Positions 1 through 8,857 of a DNA stretch of 45,090 bases are shown one piece after another; position 1 is the first letter of the stretch; the number at the start of each line of letters is the position of its first letter. This stretch comes from Erysipelotrichaceae bacterium (GTDB lineage: Bacteria > Bacillota_I > Bacilli_A > RFN20 > CAG-826): assembly GCA_031271635.1 (NCBI GenBank), contig JAISVG010000084.1, positions 1 through 45,090 on the forward strand, written 5' to 3'. The notes under the pieces are model-generated. The model was not told the DNA's origin. It worked only from the letters and a program-made list of their open reading frames with translations, and made no database searches. Made by a program: the position numbers and the translations under genes.

Positions 1-1
1 T

Positions 2-151
2 GAAGGAACAGTACCAGATCTAATGACAATCTTTACCACCGGAGATTTTAGTAGTGTTCTTAGTTGGGGCTTCCAGTGGGGCGGTTATTGCTTTATGGGA
101 GCGGGGATTCTTTCTGGTGTGTCGGCAGTTTTATGTTTGATTTTCGGGTAG
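2..151 (+). CDS. 3' end of a CDS entering from the left window edge; hydrophobic C-terminus, function unknown
   Basis: Frame 2 is open from base 2 to TAG 149-151 (...FMGAGILSGVSAVLCLIFG*). It is truncated by the window, so it is absent from the ORF track. No family is recognisable. Confidence 0.3.
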   Translation, partial: EGTVPDLMTIFTTGDFSSVLSWGFQWGGYCFMGAGILSGVSAVLCLIFG

Positions 152-423
152 AAGCCGAGTATAACATTCATGGTCTTACAATCATTGAGGCGCTTTTGTT
201 TGTCGAAAGGCAACTAATAGGAACCACAGACCTTAAGTGTATTCGGATTATTCATGGTTACATTAATGGTAGTGCGCTGAAGAGTTTCTTTACTAATTAT
301 CGGAGTAATGGTATTTTTTGGATTAACAGCATTGAGCACGCAAATAACCCTGGGGAAACAATTATCTTCTTAAAACCTAGTTATCGTGACATTATTCTTA
401 AAAAACCGATTAAAACTAAATAA
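133..423 (+). CDS. Small Smr (MutS2-related) domain protein
   Basis: Track ORF 64-423. Smr-like blocks YNIHGLTIIEALLFVERQL and IRIIHGYINGSALK match the LDLHG / HG-x-G pattern. The track start is a TTG without an RBS. The first ATG is at 133 and overlaps the end of the upstream ORF, so the start is uncertain. Confidence 0.55.
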   Translation: MFDFRVEAEYNIHGLTIIEALLFVERQLIGTTDLKCIRIIHGYINGSALKSFFTNYRSNGIFWINSIEHANNPGETIIFLKPSYRDIILKKPIKTK

Positions 424-513
424 AAACCGGCGTAAAACCCAATTCTTTTAAGTATTTATGACTTTTAAGTATGTGTCGGTGGTAAAAACTTAAATCTTGG
501 TTGTTGACTTCTT

Positions 514-2013
514 TTAGAAGAGAATACTAGCATATTCTGGATGGTCAATAAAGGGGTTTCTGTTACCTTGATATTCATATATCCGATCATTTCTTTGTTT
601 TTCGAAAGCATCAACTGGATCTTCAAAACACCATCTTAACAAACTTGAAAGCTTTCCCATTGAGAGATCATCATTGACATCAAGTTCATCATTAAGCCTT
701 AATCCATCATACCGTACATACATATAGAAAAGAATTCTCGCGACATCGCCACGATGGTCCCCACTATTTGCGTGGGCTCCTGAAAGCGAAGTGACATTAG
801 GATTAATTGTTAAATTGGCTACATCATAATCATCAAAGAAGAGATTGCCGTGATGGCCATTTGAAGGACCACAAGCGACGCGAAGATTATGTAAGTCTGA
901 AGTATGGTTCTTAGTGCTTTCATTCGGACGAGTTACATCGGTTAGTTGCATCTGGGCACAAGCCCAAACGTGTTCACGATTCCATGATGCTCCAGAGTCC
1001 CAGCGGGCAATAATTAGATCGCCATCGTAAAGGCCGTAATCATATCCCGGATTCTCGACATCCTCATCAGTGTAAAGAAGAATACTTTTGGCATCAGCAT
1101 AACTCCTTGCCTTCATGTTTGAAGAAATTGTTGTTCGTAACGTCGTTAGAAGCACTGTGTCATTCTCTATTGATACATTACGATAATACTCGCTATCTGA
1201 ATAACTGCTTAGATCGAACTCTTTCGGGATGTTGATGACAACTGGTCCGTCAGGAATGTCGTTGCCTGAAGAGATATTCAGACCATGATTTTCTGGCAAA
1301 TCGAGTAGAATTTCGATTTTTTGGAAATAAATTGCTCGAGCTTTAGCTTGTAGAGTAATTGAAAAACTCTCCGTAGTGACTTCTAACTCATCGACGCCGT
1401 ATGGCAAGGGATCATTAACATTGCTGAATGGTTCCGTATGTTCGTAATCATCCATGCTAACGATAAAGTCAGCACTCCCGCCACTAGCGGTGCATAAGAA
1501 AAGCGAATAACCAAGGACTCTTGTGGTTTCTGGGAAACTAGTGCTAAAGACAAGTGGTGTCGTCTGGGGATTGTTTCTTGAACCAATCTGAATGCCATAC
1601 GTATAGGCACCAAGAAACGCAATTGCGGTATGCGACCACGATAAACCCGATAGCGTAACAGTTTCTTCGTTTGCTCCAATATCGCCTCGAATTAGGGTAT
1701 GAGAATATAGTATGGTTTCTCGGTTTTGTTCGTTTTGTTTTATTTGATAACGAGCCTCAAGGATATAATCTCTAGTAATAATTAAATCTTCTAAGAAGAC
1801 CTTTCTTTCGTTTTCATACCAACCTAAAAAAGAATATCCTTCCTTTTTCGGATCTGGCACCTGATTTAAATCAACCTTCGCATTATCTAAAACTTCAATC
1901 TCCTTTGAAAAGGAGTCAATTATAAAAGTGACTTGATGATAAATCTCTTTGGTACAGGAAGCGACTAATAATGTAGCAATTGCGAGAAATGATCTCAAAA
2001 TATTTGTTTTCAT
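514..2013 (-). CDS. Secreted lipoprotein nuclease with a C-terminal endonuclease I-like domain
   Basis: The signal peptide carries a lipobox (MKTNILRSFLAIATLLVASC). GYSFLGWYENERKV resembles a Listeria-Bacteroides repeat. The C-terminal blocks NREHVWA, DLHNLRVACGPSNGHHGN and RGDVARILFYMYVRY match conserved endonuclease I motifs. Confidence 0.7.
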   Translation of the reverse strand: MKTNILRSFLAIATLLVASCTKEIYHQVTFIIDSFSKEIEVLDNAKVDLNQVPDPKKEGYSFLGWYENERKVFLEDLIITRDYILEARYQIKQNEQNRETILYSHTLIRGDIGANEETVTLSGLSWSHTAIAFLGAYTYGIQIGSRNNPQTTPLVFSTSFPETTRVLGYSLFLCTASGGSADFIVSMDDYEHTEPFSNVNDPLPYGVDELEVTTESFSITLQAKARAIYFQKIEILLDLPENHGLNISSGNDIPDGPVVINIPKEFDLSSYSDSEYYRNVSIENDTVLLTTLRTTISSNMKARSYADAKSILLYTDEDVENPGYDYGLYDGDLIIARWDSGASWNREHVWACAQMQLTDVTRPNESTKNHTSDLHNLRVACGPSNGHHGNLFFDDYDVANLTINPNVTSLSGAHANSGDHRGDVARILFYMYVRYDGLRLNDELDVNDDLSMGKLSSLLRWCFEDPVDAFEKQRNDRIYEYQGNRNPFIDHPEYASILF

Positions 2014-2024
2014 TTCTTAACTTC

Positions 2025-2477
2025 TTACTGATCTTTTTCTTTTTCAGCTTCAGCTTTTCTTTGATGATAGTTCTTATATCCGGCTTTTTGGTTATCACCA
2101 GCATCCCATTTTTTGCCACCAGAGACAAAAAGACAAATCATTAGCACTAAGACTAGTACTACTCCGAGTACCGGCCAGAAGATTTTAGCCCAGTCATAAT
2201 CAACAAGTGGTGTAAAGAACATAATGATATAAAGAATTCCTAAAAGGAGTAAAGCACCACCAATGAAAGCGCGAATCTTACGAGTAGTTAGTAAGTACTG
2301 CTTTGAAAAAGCCGTGCAAACAAGAACTAAACCAAAGCCTGAGGCAAGAACTGCAATCGCGAGAACCGGAGTGAACCAACTAAAGGCCGCTACTCCCGCA
2401 AGATTAAGAATCACGAAGATCAAAACAACAAGTAGAATTAATAAGTAAACGAATTTTTTCAAGAATGATTTTGACAT
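2025..2477 (-). CDS. Small polytopic membrane protein (about 4 TM helices, charged C-tail); last gene of the SPFH/zinc-ribbon operon
   Basis: 150-aa ORF made of long hydrophobic runs with a KKWDAGDNQKAGYKNYHQRKAEAEKEKDQ tail. An RBS-like aggagga lies upstream. It is co-directional and tightly spaced with the upstream genes. Confidence 0.5.
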   Translation of the reverse strand: MSKSFLKKFVYLLILLVVLIFVILNLAGVAAFSWFTPVLAIAVLASGFGLVLVCTAFSKQYLLTTRKIRAFIGGALLLLGILYIIMFFTPLVDYDWAKIFWPVLGVVLVLVLMICLFVSGGKKWDAGDNQKAGYKNYHQRKAEAEKEKDQ

Positions 2478-2492
2478 AAATATTTTCCTCCT

Positions 2493-2963
2493 TTATCTTA
2501 AAATGATATTTATTGCCACCGGAGAAATTTCATCTCCGGCCTCAAAGACCACCTGCGAAAGATGTTTGTGACGTCTTGAAAGACCATTAACACGAATGTA
2601 AAAGGTATTAGCATTAGAGTCAGTGGTAAGAATAGTATAAATTCCCGGTTTGATTAAAGAATCTTTTCGAATGCGGTAAACTTCATTAGCCCGCAGTAAA
2701 ATATCGTCTTTAGCGTGTGTCGCATCAGGTTTTTCAGTAGTGCCAACTTGAGTAGGATCAGTTGAGACTCTTTTTCCATCAACAACTTTCACCTTTTCAA
2801 CGCTGCTATTAGCATTATTTTTAATGTCTTTAATGACTTTGTTCTTTTTTAAGAGCACGATTAAGAGGATTGCTGCCACAATAAAGAGAACGATTACTCC
2901 AATGCCAAGCAGCAAAATAACGGTATTATCAGCTTCATTTAGTTGAGCAAGAATGTTTTGCAT
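2493..2963 (-). CDS. Single-pass membrane protein (N-terminal TM plus soluble C-domain), in the YdjH position
   Basis: 156 aa with the TM segment VILLLGIGVIVLFIVAAILLIVLL. It lies 15 nt downstream of the zinc-ribbon gene and has the RBS aaaggagg. Confidence 0.5.
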   Translation of the reverse strand: MQNILAQLNEADNTVILLLGIGVIVLFIVAAILLIVLLKKNKVIKDIKNNANSSVEKVKVVDGKRVSTDPTQVGTTEKPDATHAKDDILLRANEVYRIRKDSLIKPGIYTILTTDSNANTFYIRVNGLSRRHKHLSQVVFEAGDEISPVAINIILR

Positions 2964-2977
2964 ATTTAAACCTCCTT

Positions 2978-4063
2978 TTAGTTATATAAGTACGCGAAGA
3001 GAGTGCCTAACCCTGCAACAACAAGAATTGCGAGAATAATCATAAGCACCTTAACGACAGATATCGGTGTTTTGCCGTTAATTTTACCGCTTTCCCCATT
3101 AATAAAGAAATTATAATTCTTGTTATGATATAAGAAGTATCCGACCCAAATTGGGAGTAAGACATACTTATGGGTCATATGTGAGAAATTGGTGTTAATA
3201 TTAAGCGAAGAGACAACGTCATAATCATATCGTGCAAGGATTGATCTTCGAATATCAGCATTAATGATGGCCTTAGCCTCAAGCCAACACTGTTGCCCGT
3301 TCTTACTATATTGATTAGCGGTGAAACCTTGTAAATAATCAGGATTATATTGTTTAGCTTCATTCGTGCGATATGGAAGGATTTTTCTCATGGTGTTTTG
3401 ATCAATGCGGGTTGAAGCTTGAATTAAAACATCATCAAAGAATTTGTTTAAAGAGCCACTAATGTTAAAATATCGAATGTGACTTTGGGTCACGGTTTTG
3501 CCATTTACGACTCGTGTTGTTGTATATCTTTTCCCCAGTCTTCCCGCATAAAGCGAACTAGTCTGACTATCATAAGTAAAGGAAGGATAGTAGATGCCAT
3601 TAAGTTTACTAGGATCAGGATTCTTACGGAATTTTTCTGGAGCCATGATTCTTTTTCTGGCCCAAACCTTTAGTTTATCAATAGCCGGATCTTTTCCTAC
3701 TAAGAAAGGACAGACTCCATTAGGTTTTTGTCCTGGGATAGCAGTTTCATCAAGCACCATTGGGGACCCGCAGAACGGACAATGGACCGAAATACTACCG
3801 GTCTTGCTAACCTCTCTTGCACCACAATTTTTACATTGGAGCACTTGAGTTTCACGGGACCAACTATTATCAATAACAATATTATCAAATGAGAGTTCCT
3901 CGGTCTCGCCAGAAACAATGGGTTTGGTGTAGTCGCAGTGTTCGCAGTAAAGACTGTTTTTTTCTGGGTGATATGAAAGATTAGAGCCACAGTTAGGACA
4001 CTTTACGGTCTCGCTAGCTTTGGCTTCTTCATTAACTAGTTTTTCAATATCATTGCTACTCAT
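2978..4063 (-). CDS. Double zinc-ribbon protein with a C-terminal TM anchor (YdjG-like)
   Basis: Two zinc ribbons: CPNCGSNLSYHPEKNSLYCEHCDY and CKNCGAREVSKTGSISVHCPFCGS. The C-terminal TM segment is VVKVLMIILAILVVAGLGTLFAYL. Its start overlaps the stop of the SPFH gene (TAATG at 4061-4065). Confidence 0.6.
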   Translation of the reverse strand: MSSNDIEKLVNEEAKASETVKCPNCGSNLSYHPEKNSLYCEHCDYTKPIVSGETEELSFDNIVIDNSWSRETQVLQCKNCGAREVSKTGSISVHCPFCGSPMVLDETAIPGQKPNGVCPFLVGKDPAIDKLKVWARKRIMAPEKFRKNPDPSKLNGIYYPSFTYDSQTSSLYAGRLGKRYTTTRVVNGKTVTQSHIRYFNISGSLNKFFDDVLIQASTRIDQNTMRKILPYRTNEAKQYNPDYLQGFTANQYSKNGQQCWLEAKAIINADIRRSILARYDYDVVSSLNINTNFSHMTHKYVLLPIWVGYFLYHNKNYNFFINGESGKINGKTPISVVKVLMIILAILVVAGLGTLFAYLYN

Positions 4064-5085
4064 TATAGTTTAGTTCCGCAGTCACCGCAAAATTTAGTTC
4101 CAGGGGCGACAGTTTTGCCACAGGCGGGACAGACTGTCACAATTTTGTAACCACATTCCGAGCAGAACTTTGAGTTGGCCTTAATTTGTTTTCCACAACC
4201 AGGACAAATTAGCATGACTTCCTTTTCTTGAGCATCACGATTTGCACTTTGCGAGATATCGCGTCCAAAAGACTGACCCATACCCCAGCCAATTCCGGCC
4301 CCCATCATGGTACCTGCAGCTCCAGGATTTTTTGCAGCCTCTTTTAAAGCTTCAATGCGTGAGAGTTCTAGTTCAACATCAAGATTCTGTCTTCTCATTC
4401 CAAGCGAAGTGTTACGCATCATCGCATCTTCAAGTTCTTTTGGGAGTGAGAAGTTCTCAATATTAATTTTGGAAATCTCAAGACCAATTTGACTAAATTC
4501 TGCTTTGGTAGCTTTAACAACTAAGTCGCCTAATTCTCTTAAATTTGCGGCAAGATCTAAAATGGGAAGTCCGCTTTCTGCGACAGTATCTGCAATCGCA
4601 GTTACAATTAAACTCTTTAAATAGTCACGAATGTCACTAACATCGTATGTCGAGTTGGTACTCGCTAATTCTTTCATAAAGATGTAGGCATCATTAACAC
4701 GGAATGAATAGGTTCCAAAACCTCTAATTTGAATGGGTCCAAAATCTTTATCACGAACTAATAAGGGATTTGATGTTCCCCATTTTTGGTTAATGAATTG
4801 TTTCGTGTTAACAAAATAGATGTCACTCTTAAACGGGCTTTCGAAGCCATATTTCCATGACATTAGTTTTGTTAAGATAGGAACGTTTTCGGTATCTAGT
4901 TTATAGTATCCTGGCAAAAAGACATCTGCCAAACGACCTTTATCAACAAAAATAGCTACTTGAGATTCTCTAACGGTAAGGGCCGAGCCACGAGCGATAA
5001 AATCTTTTGATTTGTTGTAATCGAAGCGGTGAACGATGACTTCTTTGTTTTCATCTTTCCATTCGATAACTTTTAGCAATCCCAT
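4063..5085 (-). CDS. SPFH/Band-7 family protein with a C-terminal double zinc ribbon (YdjI / COG4260-like)
   Basis: 340 aa. The N-terminus MGLLKVIEWKDEN..VHRF...ALTVRESQVAIFVDKG is typical of this family. A Gly-rich linker is followed by CPGCGKQIKANSKFCSECG and CPACGKTVAPGTKFCGDCG. RBS taggaggac. Confidence 0.7.
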   Translation of the reverse strand: MGLLKVIEWKDENKEVIVHRFDYNKSKDFIARGSALTVRESQVAIFVDKGRLADVFLPGYYKLDTENVPILTKLMSWKYGFESPFKSDIYFVNTKQFINQKWGTSNPLLVRDKDFGPIQIRGFGTYSFRVNDAYIFMKELASTNSTYDVSDIRDYLKSLIVTAIADTVAESGLPILDLAANLRELGDLVVKATKAEFSQIGLEISKINIENFSLPKELEDAMMRNTSLGMRRQNLDVELELSRIEALKEAAKNPGAAGTMMGAGIGWGMGQSFGRDISQSANRDAQEKEVMLICPGCGKQIKANSKFCSECGYKIVTVCPACGKTVAPGTKFCGDCGTKL

Positions 5086-5296
5086 ATGTAAGTCCTCCTA
5101 TGATTGTAATCATATTATATATAAAAATACCTTTTTTTAATATCTTTTTTATTGGCAATTTTGCGATGAAATGTTTTTTGAGGGTTTTTGTTTAGCAAAA
5201 CGGAATAATTATTTCTAAAGATCATTTAATAATATTTGTTAGTTCAAGCGATAAAATAGCAGCTCGAGCATGTTTTTAAGATAGAATAAAAGTATT

Positions 5297-5899
5297 ATGG
5301 TACAAAAATGTGCTTTTTGTGGGGCAAAAATAAGAAAGAATAATGAAGATTGTCCTTATTGTGGTGCCTCGAAACAACTTTTATCTACGGATACTACGTT
5401 TAAAGTGATAATAGACACAACAGAGGAGTCATATTTTCGTGACTATTATACCGCTTTTGGCTATGAGATTACTAGAAAAGAAACAGTGACAACTAAAAGC
5501 ATTTGTCTCGAAGTAAAACCTTGTATTGAACTAATAAGTAACGATGAAGTGAAGGCTTTAAGAGATGAGTATCACTCATTCAAGCAAGATTACGAACGGC
5601 AAAGTTATCGAAAGGTTTTCCCCGCATTAGTCATTGCTTGTATTTTTATAGTTTTAGGATTCCTTTTGTCTATTTTGGCCATTATTATTCATGTCACAAT
5701 GATGTTCACCTTTGAGCAACTGGTGTCGACATATCTTGTGGGCCCAGTTTTAATAATACTGGGTCTTCTTGGTGTTTTAATTGTTGGTCTAACGAAACGA
5801 GAGAGAAATGTAATCATGCATCAAGAGTTAACAAGAATTCAAGAACAATCAAAAAACATCATTAATGATTTAAAAGAGAGGAGTAAAAATCATGAATAA
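5297..5899 (+). CDS. Zinc-ribbon membrane protein (N-terminal CxxC..CxxC, two TM helices, charged C-terminal helix)
   Basis: CAFCGAKIRKNNEDCPYCGA sits at the N-terminus. TM segments are FPALVIACIFIVLGFLLSILAIIIHV and LVGPVLIILGLLGVLIVGL. The gene is divergent from the SPFH operon. Confidence 0.5.
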   Translation: MVQKCAFCGAKIRKNNEDCPYCGASKQLLSTDTTFKVIIDTTEESYFRDYYTAFGYEITRKETVTTKSICLEVKPCIELISNDEVKALRDEYHSFKQDYERQSYRKVFPALVIACIFIVLGFLLSILAIIIHVTMMFTFEQLVSTYLVGPVLIILGLLGVLIVGLTKRERNVIMHQELTRIQEQSKNIINDLKERSKNHE

Positions 5900-6455
5900 G
5901 GATAAAGATTATGTGGTTGAAGAAATTGAGGAGACAGTTGTTGAAACGGTTGAACAAAATGATATCTCTTATGAAGACACAAAACCGAATAAGAGACCTT
6001 TTCTTTATTATCTTTATGAGCCAACAGGAACTTTAAAAACACAGTACAATATTTTAAAAGGAGTTATCCTTAGTTATCGCGGAATTAATTCACGAATCAG
6101 TAGTAATTATGAAAACTTTACCGCACACCGTAAGTCATATATTAAGCTTAAGGTTGCTGGTAATCACCTAAATGTTTATTTTGCGTTAAATCCAGAGGAC
6201 TATCTTGGAGGAATTCTTCCAGTCAAAGATTATTCTCATGTTAAGAAATTTGCGGATACGCCTTTAATGATGAAAGTGAAGTCTAATTTGTCAGTTCGAA
6301 GAGCGATTGAACTAATTGCGAATACGATGGATCTTGACTTAATTCGACAGGACGAAGTCTATGATCTTGATTATTATGAAATCGGAAGAGAAGATGCCGA
6401 GTTGTTATTAAAGGATTTTGTTTATGAAGCTGATAATTATGAGGAGGAAGAATAA
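5892..6455 (+). CDS. Hypothetical acidic cytoplasmic protein
   Basis: 187-aa ORF. It overlaps the upstream gene by 8 nt and the downstream ampS start by 1 nt, and has the RBS agagaggag. No family is recognised by eye. Confidence 0.45.
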   Translation: MNKDKDYVVEEIEETVVETVEQNDISYEDTKPNKRPFLYYLYEPTGTLKTQYNILKGVILSYRGINSRISSNYENFTAHRKSYIKLKVAGNHLNVYFALNPEDYLGGILPVKDYSHVKKFADTPLMMKVKSNLSVRRAIELIANTMDLDLIRQDEVYDLDYYEIGREDAELLLKDFVYEADNYEEEE

Positions 6456-7681
6456 TGGAAAAATCAAGATTAAAAGCATATGCGAAAACAATTGTCAGAA
6501 TTGGGGCTAATGTTCAGAAGGGTCAGGAAGTCTTTATTACGATTGGAGTAGAGCATGAGGATTTTGCTTTCTTGTTATCAAAAGAGTGTTATGCGGCTGG
6601 AGCCAAGAAAGTCTTTTTTAATTGGACATCACAAAAACTTGAAAAACTCATGTATCAAAAAGAAAAACTGGATTCATTAATGAATGTGCGGTCGTTTCAA
6701 ATTGAAAGATTTAAATATATGGCTCAGGAATTACCAGCCACAATCTACATTCTTAGCGATGACCCAAACGGCCTTGATGGTATCGACCACTTAAAATTTG
6801 GTAAAGCAAGACAGAGCTTTTCTCAAGCAATTAAGAGTTACCGTGATGCGATGGATGATAAACAACAATGGACCATCGCGGCGCTTCCAACTAAGAAATG
6901 GGCCAAGAAAGTTTTTCCTCATGAAACGACTTCTGAAGCGATGAAAAAACTCGGAAATCTCATTCTTGATGTCTCAAGGATTGATGATGATCCGCTTCTT
7001 GCTTGGGAGAAACACAATGCCTTTTTAAAGAATCAAGCGCAGAAACTCAATCAACTAGGAATTGATTATCTTCACTACACGAATACGCTCGGGACTGATT
7101 TTAAAGTGTGGTTAATTCCTGATTCACATTTTATTGCCGGTTCAGAAACAATTCCCGGAACTAAGATTACTTATAACCCTAATATGCCGAGTGAAGAATG
7201 CTTTATTACTCCATTAAAAGGGAAGGCTGAAGGACGAGTATATGCCACAAAGCCATTAAGTTATAATGGTCAATTGATTGATGATTTTTATTTGGATTTT
7301 AAAGACGGCAAAGTTGTCGATTTTAAAGCCAAAGTTGGTCAAAACGTCCTAGAAACGATGTTAAATATGGATGCAGGAGCAAGAATGCTTGGTGAAGTGG
7401 CTTTGGTCCCATATGATTCTCCAATTTCAAAGTCAAATGTCTTATTTTATGAGACTTTATTTGATGAAAACGCCTCATGCCATTTAGCACTAGGTCGAGG
7501 CTTTGCAGCCTCTTTTAATGATTTTGATAAATATACCCTCAAAGAGTTATATGAAAAAGGACTTAATGACTCATTAATTCATGTGGATTTTATGATGGGT
7601 AGCAAAGATTTAAAAATTGTGGCATACTTAAAAAGCGGAGAGAAAGTTCTCATCTTTAAAGATGGCAACTGGGCTCTATAG
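6455..7681 (+). CDS. ampS: Aminopeptidase, peptidase family M29 (AmpS/PepS-like)
   Basis: 408 aa. Conserved M29 blocks are present: GEVALVPYDSPISKSNVLFYETLFDENASCHLALGRGF and IHVDFMMGS. Confidence 0.8.
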   Translation: MEKSRLKAYAKTIVRIGANVQKGQEVFITIGVEHEDFAFLLSKECYAAGAKKVFFNWTSQKLEKLMYQKEKLDSLMNVRSFQIERFKYMAQELPATIYILSDDPNGLDGIDHLKFGKARQSFSQAIKSYRDAMDDKQQWTIAALPTKKWAKKVFPHETTSEAMKKLGNLILDVSRIDDDPLLAWEKHNAFLKNQAQKLNQLGIDYLHYTNTLGTDFKVWLIPDSHFIAGSETIPGTKITYNPNMPSEECFITPLKGKAEGRVYATKPLSYNGQLIDDFYLDFKDGKVVDFKAKVGQNVLETMLNMDAGARMLGEVALVPYDSPISKSNVLFYETLFDENASCHLALGRGFAASFNDFDKYTLKELYEKGLNDSLIHVDFMMGSKDLKIVAYLKSGEKVLIFKDGNWAL

Positions 7682-7689
7682 GAGAAAAC

Positions 7690-8649
7690 ATGGAAATACT
7701 CTTAAGTATTCTAACCTTTGAATGGACGATGGACATTCTTTTTGGGATTATTCTACTAATTTTATTATTAGTTGGTTTGATTCGAGGTTTTAAAAGATCG
7801 ATAGTAGGTCTTTTGGTTTTTATCACTGTGACAATTGTCCTCTGGTTTACCACTAAGAACCTCATCATTAACTTTGTGTTAAATGATTTCATGAAGGCGA
7901 TTGGTCAGTCATTTAAAGGTAGCTTTATTGATGCGACTGGTCAGACACATGAAGAGACGGCAACATCAATACTAGAATTCTTCCAGATAGCCAACAAGTA
8001 TTTACATAACCCTCATCCCGATGATTATGTCAATGGTCTTGCCACTGGTATCGTTAGTGGGATTGCGTTAGCTTTGGTTGCTCTTGTTTCGTTCTTTATT
8101 TCATGGCTTGTTTCAGCTTTATTCTATATCCCAATTAAATTTACTAATAAAAAACTCGCACGAGCAACTGGGAAAAAGTATCGTGTTTCGTGGCTTTCAA
8201 GACTCTCGGGAGCGGCGATTGGTGTCGGTCAAGGCTTTGCTTTTATTTATATTTTTCTTCTTGGTCTTGATACCACGGTACCACTTTTTAATACTATCTT
8301 ATCTGAAGAGCAGACGTTAGAGTCAAAAGGAATTTCGGTTTTAGGCGGTGACATTATTAAACTAATCACAGCACTTCAAGCAGATAATACGAAATTATTT
8401 AATTGGTTGCATGAACCAGGATCGAGTCTTACTTTTACTTACACTGATGAAAAAGGGAAAACGGTTGTGGCTAATGTGGTAACAGAGGCAAGTAGTTTTA
8501 TTGATACTTTGATTAAAGATTCAATTGAGAACGCCGAAAGAGGTCTTAATCCTGGGGGAGAAGTACCTCCGACACCAGCGATCATTCCCTTAACGATTCA
8601 GGAGATTCCGGTTTCAAAATTAGTGCTTCCTCCGTTTTATTCTTACTAG
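7690..8649 (+). CDS. CvpA-like polytopic membrane protein with an extended C-terminal domain
   Basis: The N-terminus DILFGIILLILLLVGLIRGFKRSIVGLLVFI resembles the CvpA family. Several TM helices follow. Confidence 0.45.
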   Translation: MEILLSILTFEWTMDILFGIILLILLLVGLIRGFKRSIVGLLVFITVTIVLWFTTKNLIINFVLNDFMKAIGQSFKGSFIDATGQTHEETATSILEFFQIANKYLHNPHPDDYVNGLATGIVSGIALALVALVSFFISWLVSALFYIPIKFTNKKLARATGKKYRVSWLSRLSGAAIGVGQGFAFIYIFLLGLDTTVPLFNTILSEEQTLESKGISVLGGDIIKLITALQADNTKLFNWLHEPGSSLTFTYTDEKGKTVVANVVTEASSFIDTLIKDSIENAERGLNPGGEVPPTPAIIPLTIQEIPVSKLVLPPFYSY

Positions 8650-8682
8650 TTTTCCTTAATTCTTGATATAATATTTGGCAGT

Positions 8683-8758
8683 GGGACTGTAGCTCATCTG
8701 GGAGAGCGCCTCGTTCGCAACGAGGAGGTAGCGAGTTCGATCCTCGTCAGTTCCACCA
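8683..8758 (+). tRNA. tRNA-Ala, anticodon CGC as read
   Basis: The 76-nt cloverleaf was folded by hand: acceptor GGGACTG/CAGTTCC with the G3:U70 Ala identity pair, anticodon loop TTCGCAA, T-loop TTCGATC, discriminator A and an encoded CCA. An extended -10 (TGATATAAT) lies about 12 nt upstream. Confidence 0.85.
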
Positions 8759-8857
8759 AATCAGTGTGTCTACCTCTAAGTCTTGGACTTCCAACCACAT
8801 TGAATTAATATAATAGTTTAAGAAAAGGAGTTTGTTTTATAAAACACAGATCTTGAA

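Noticed and set aside
445-472. 11-nt direct repeat CTTTTAAGTAT x2 between the Smr gene and the nuclease gene
   Set aside because: It is short and AT-rich, lies in a convergent intergenic region, and has no associated structure or gene.
1383-2128. Track ORFs 1383-1679 and 1916-2128 (minus strand)
   Set aside because: They lie inside or across the nuclease lipoprotein gene in other frames, have no RBS and show low-complexity translation. They are frame-shadow ORFs.
2263-4492. Track ORFs 2263-2448(+), 3175-3363(-), 3479-3673(+), 3594-3848(+), 3700-3990(-), 4242-4466(+) and 4307-4492(+)
   Set aside because: All are nested in or antisense to the well-supported SPFH/zinc-ribbon operon genes, and none has a recognisable motif.
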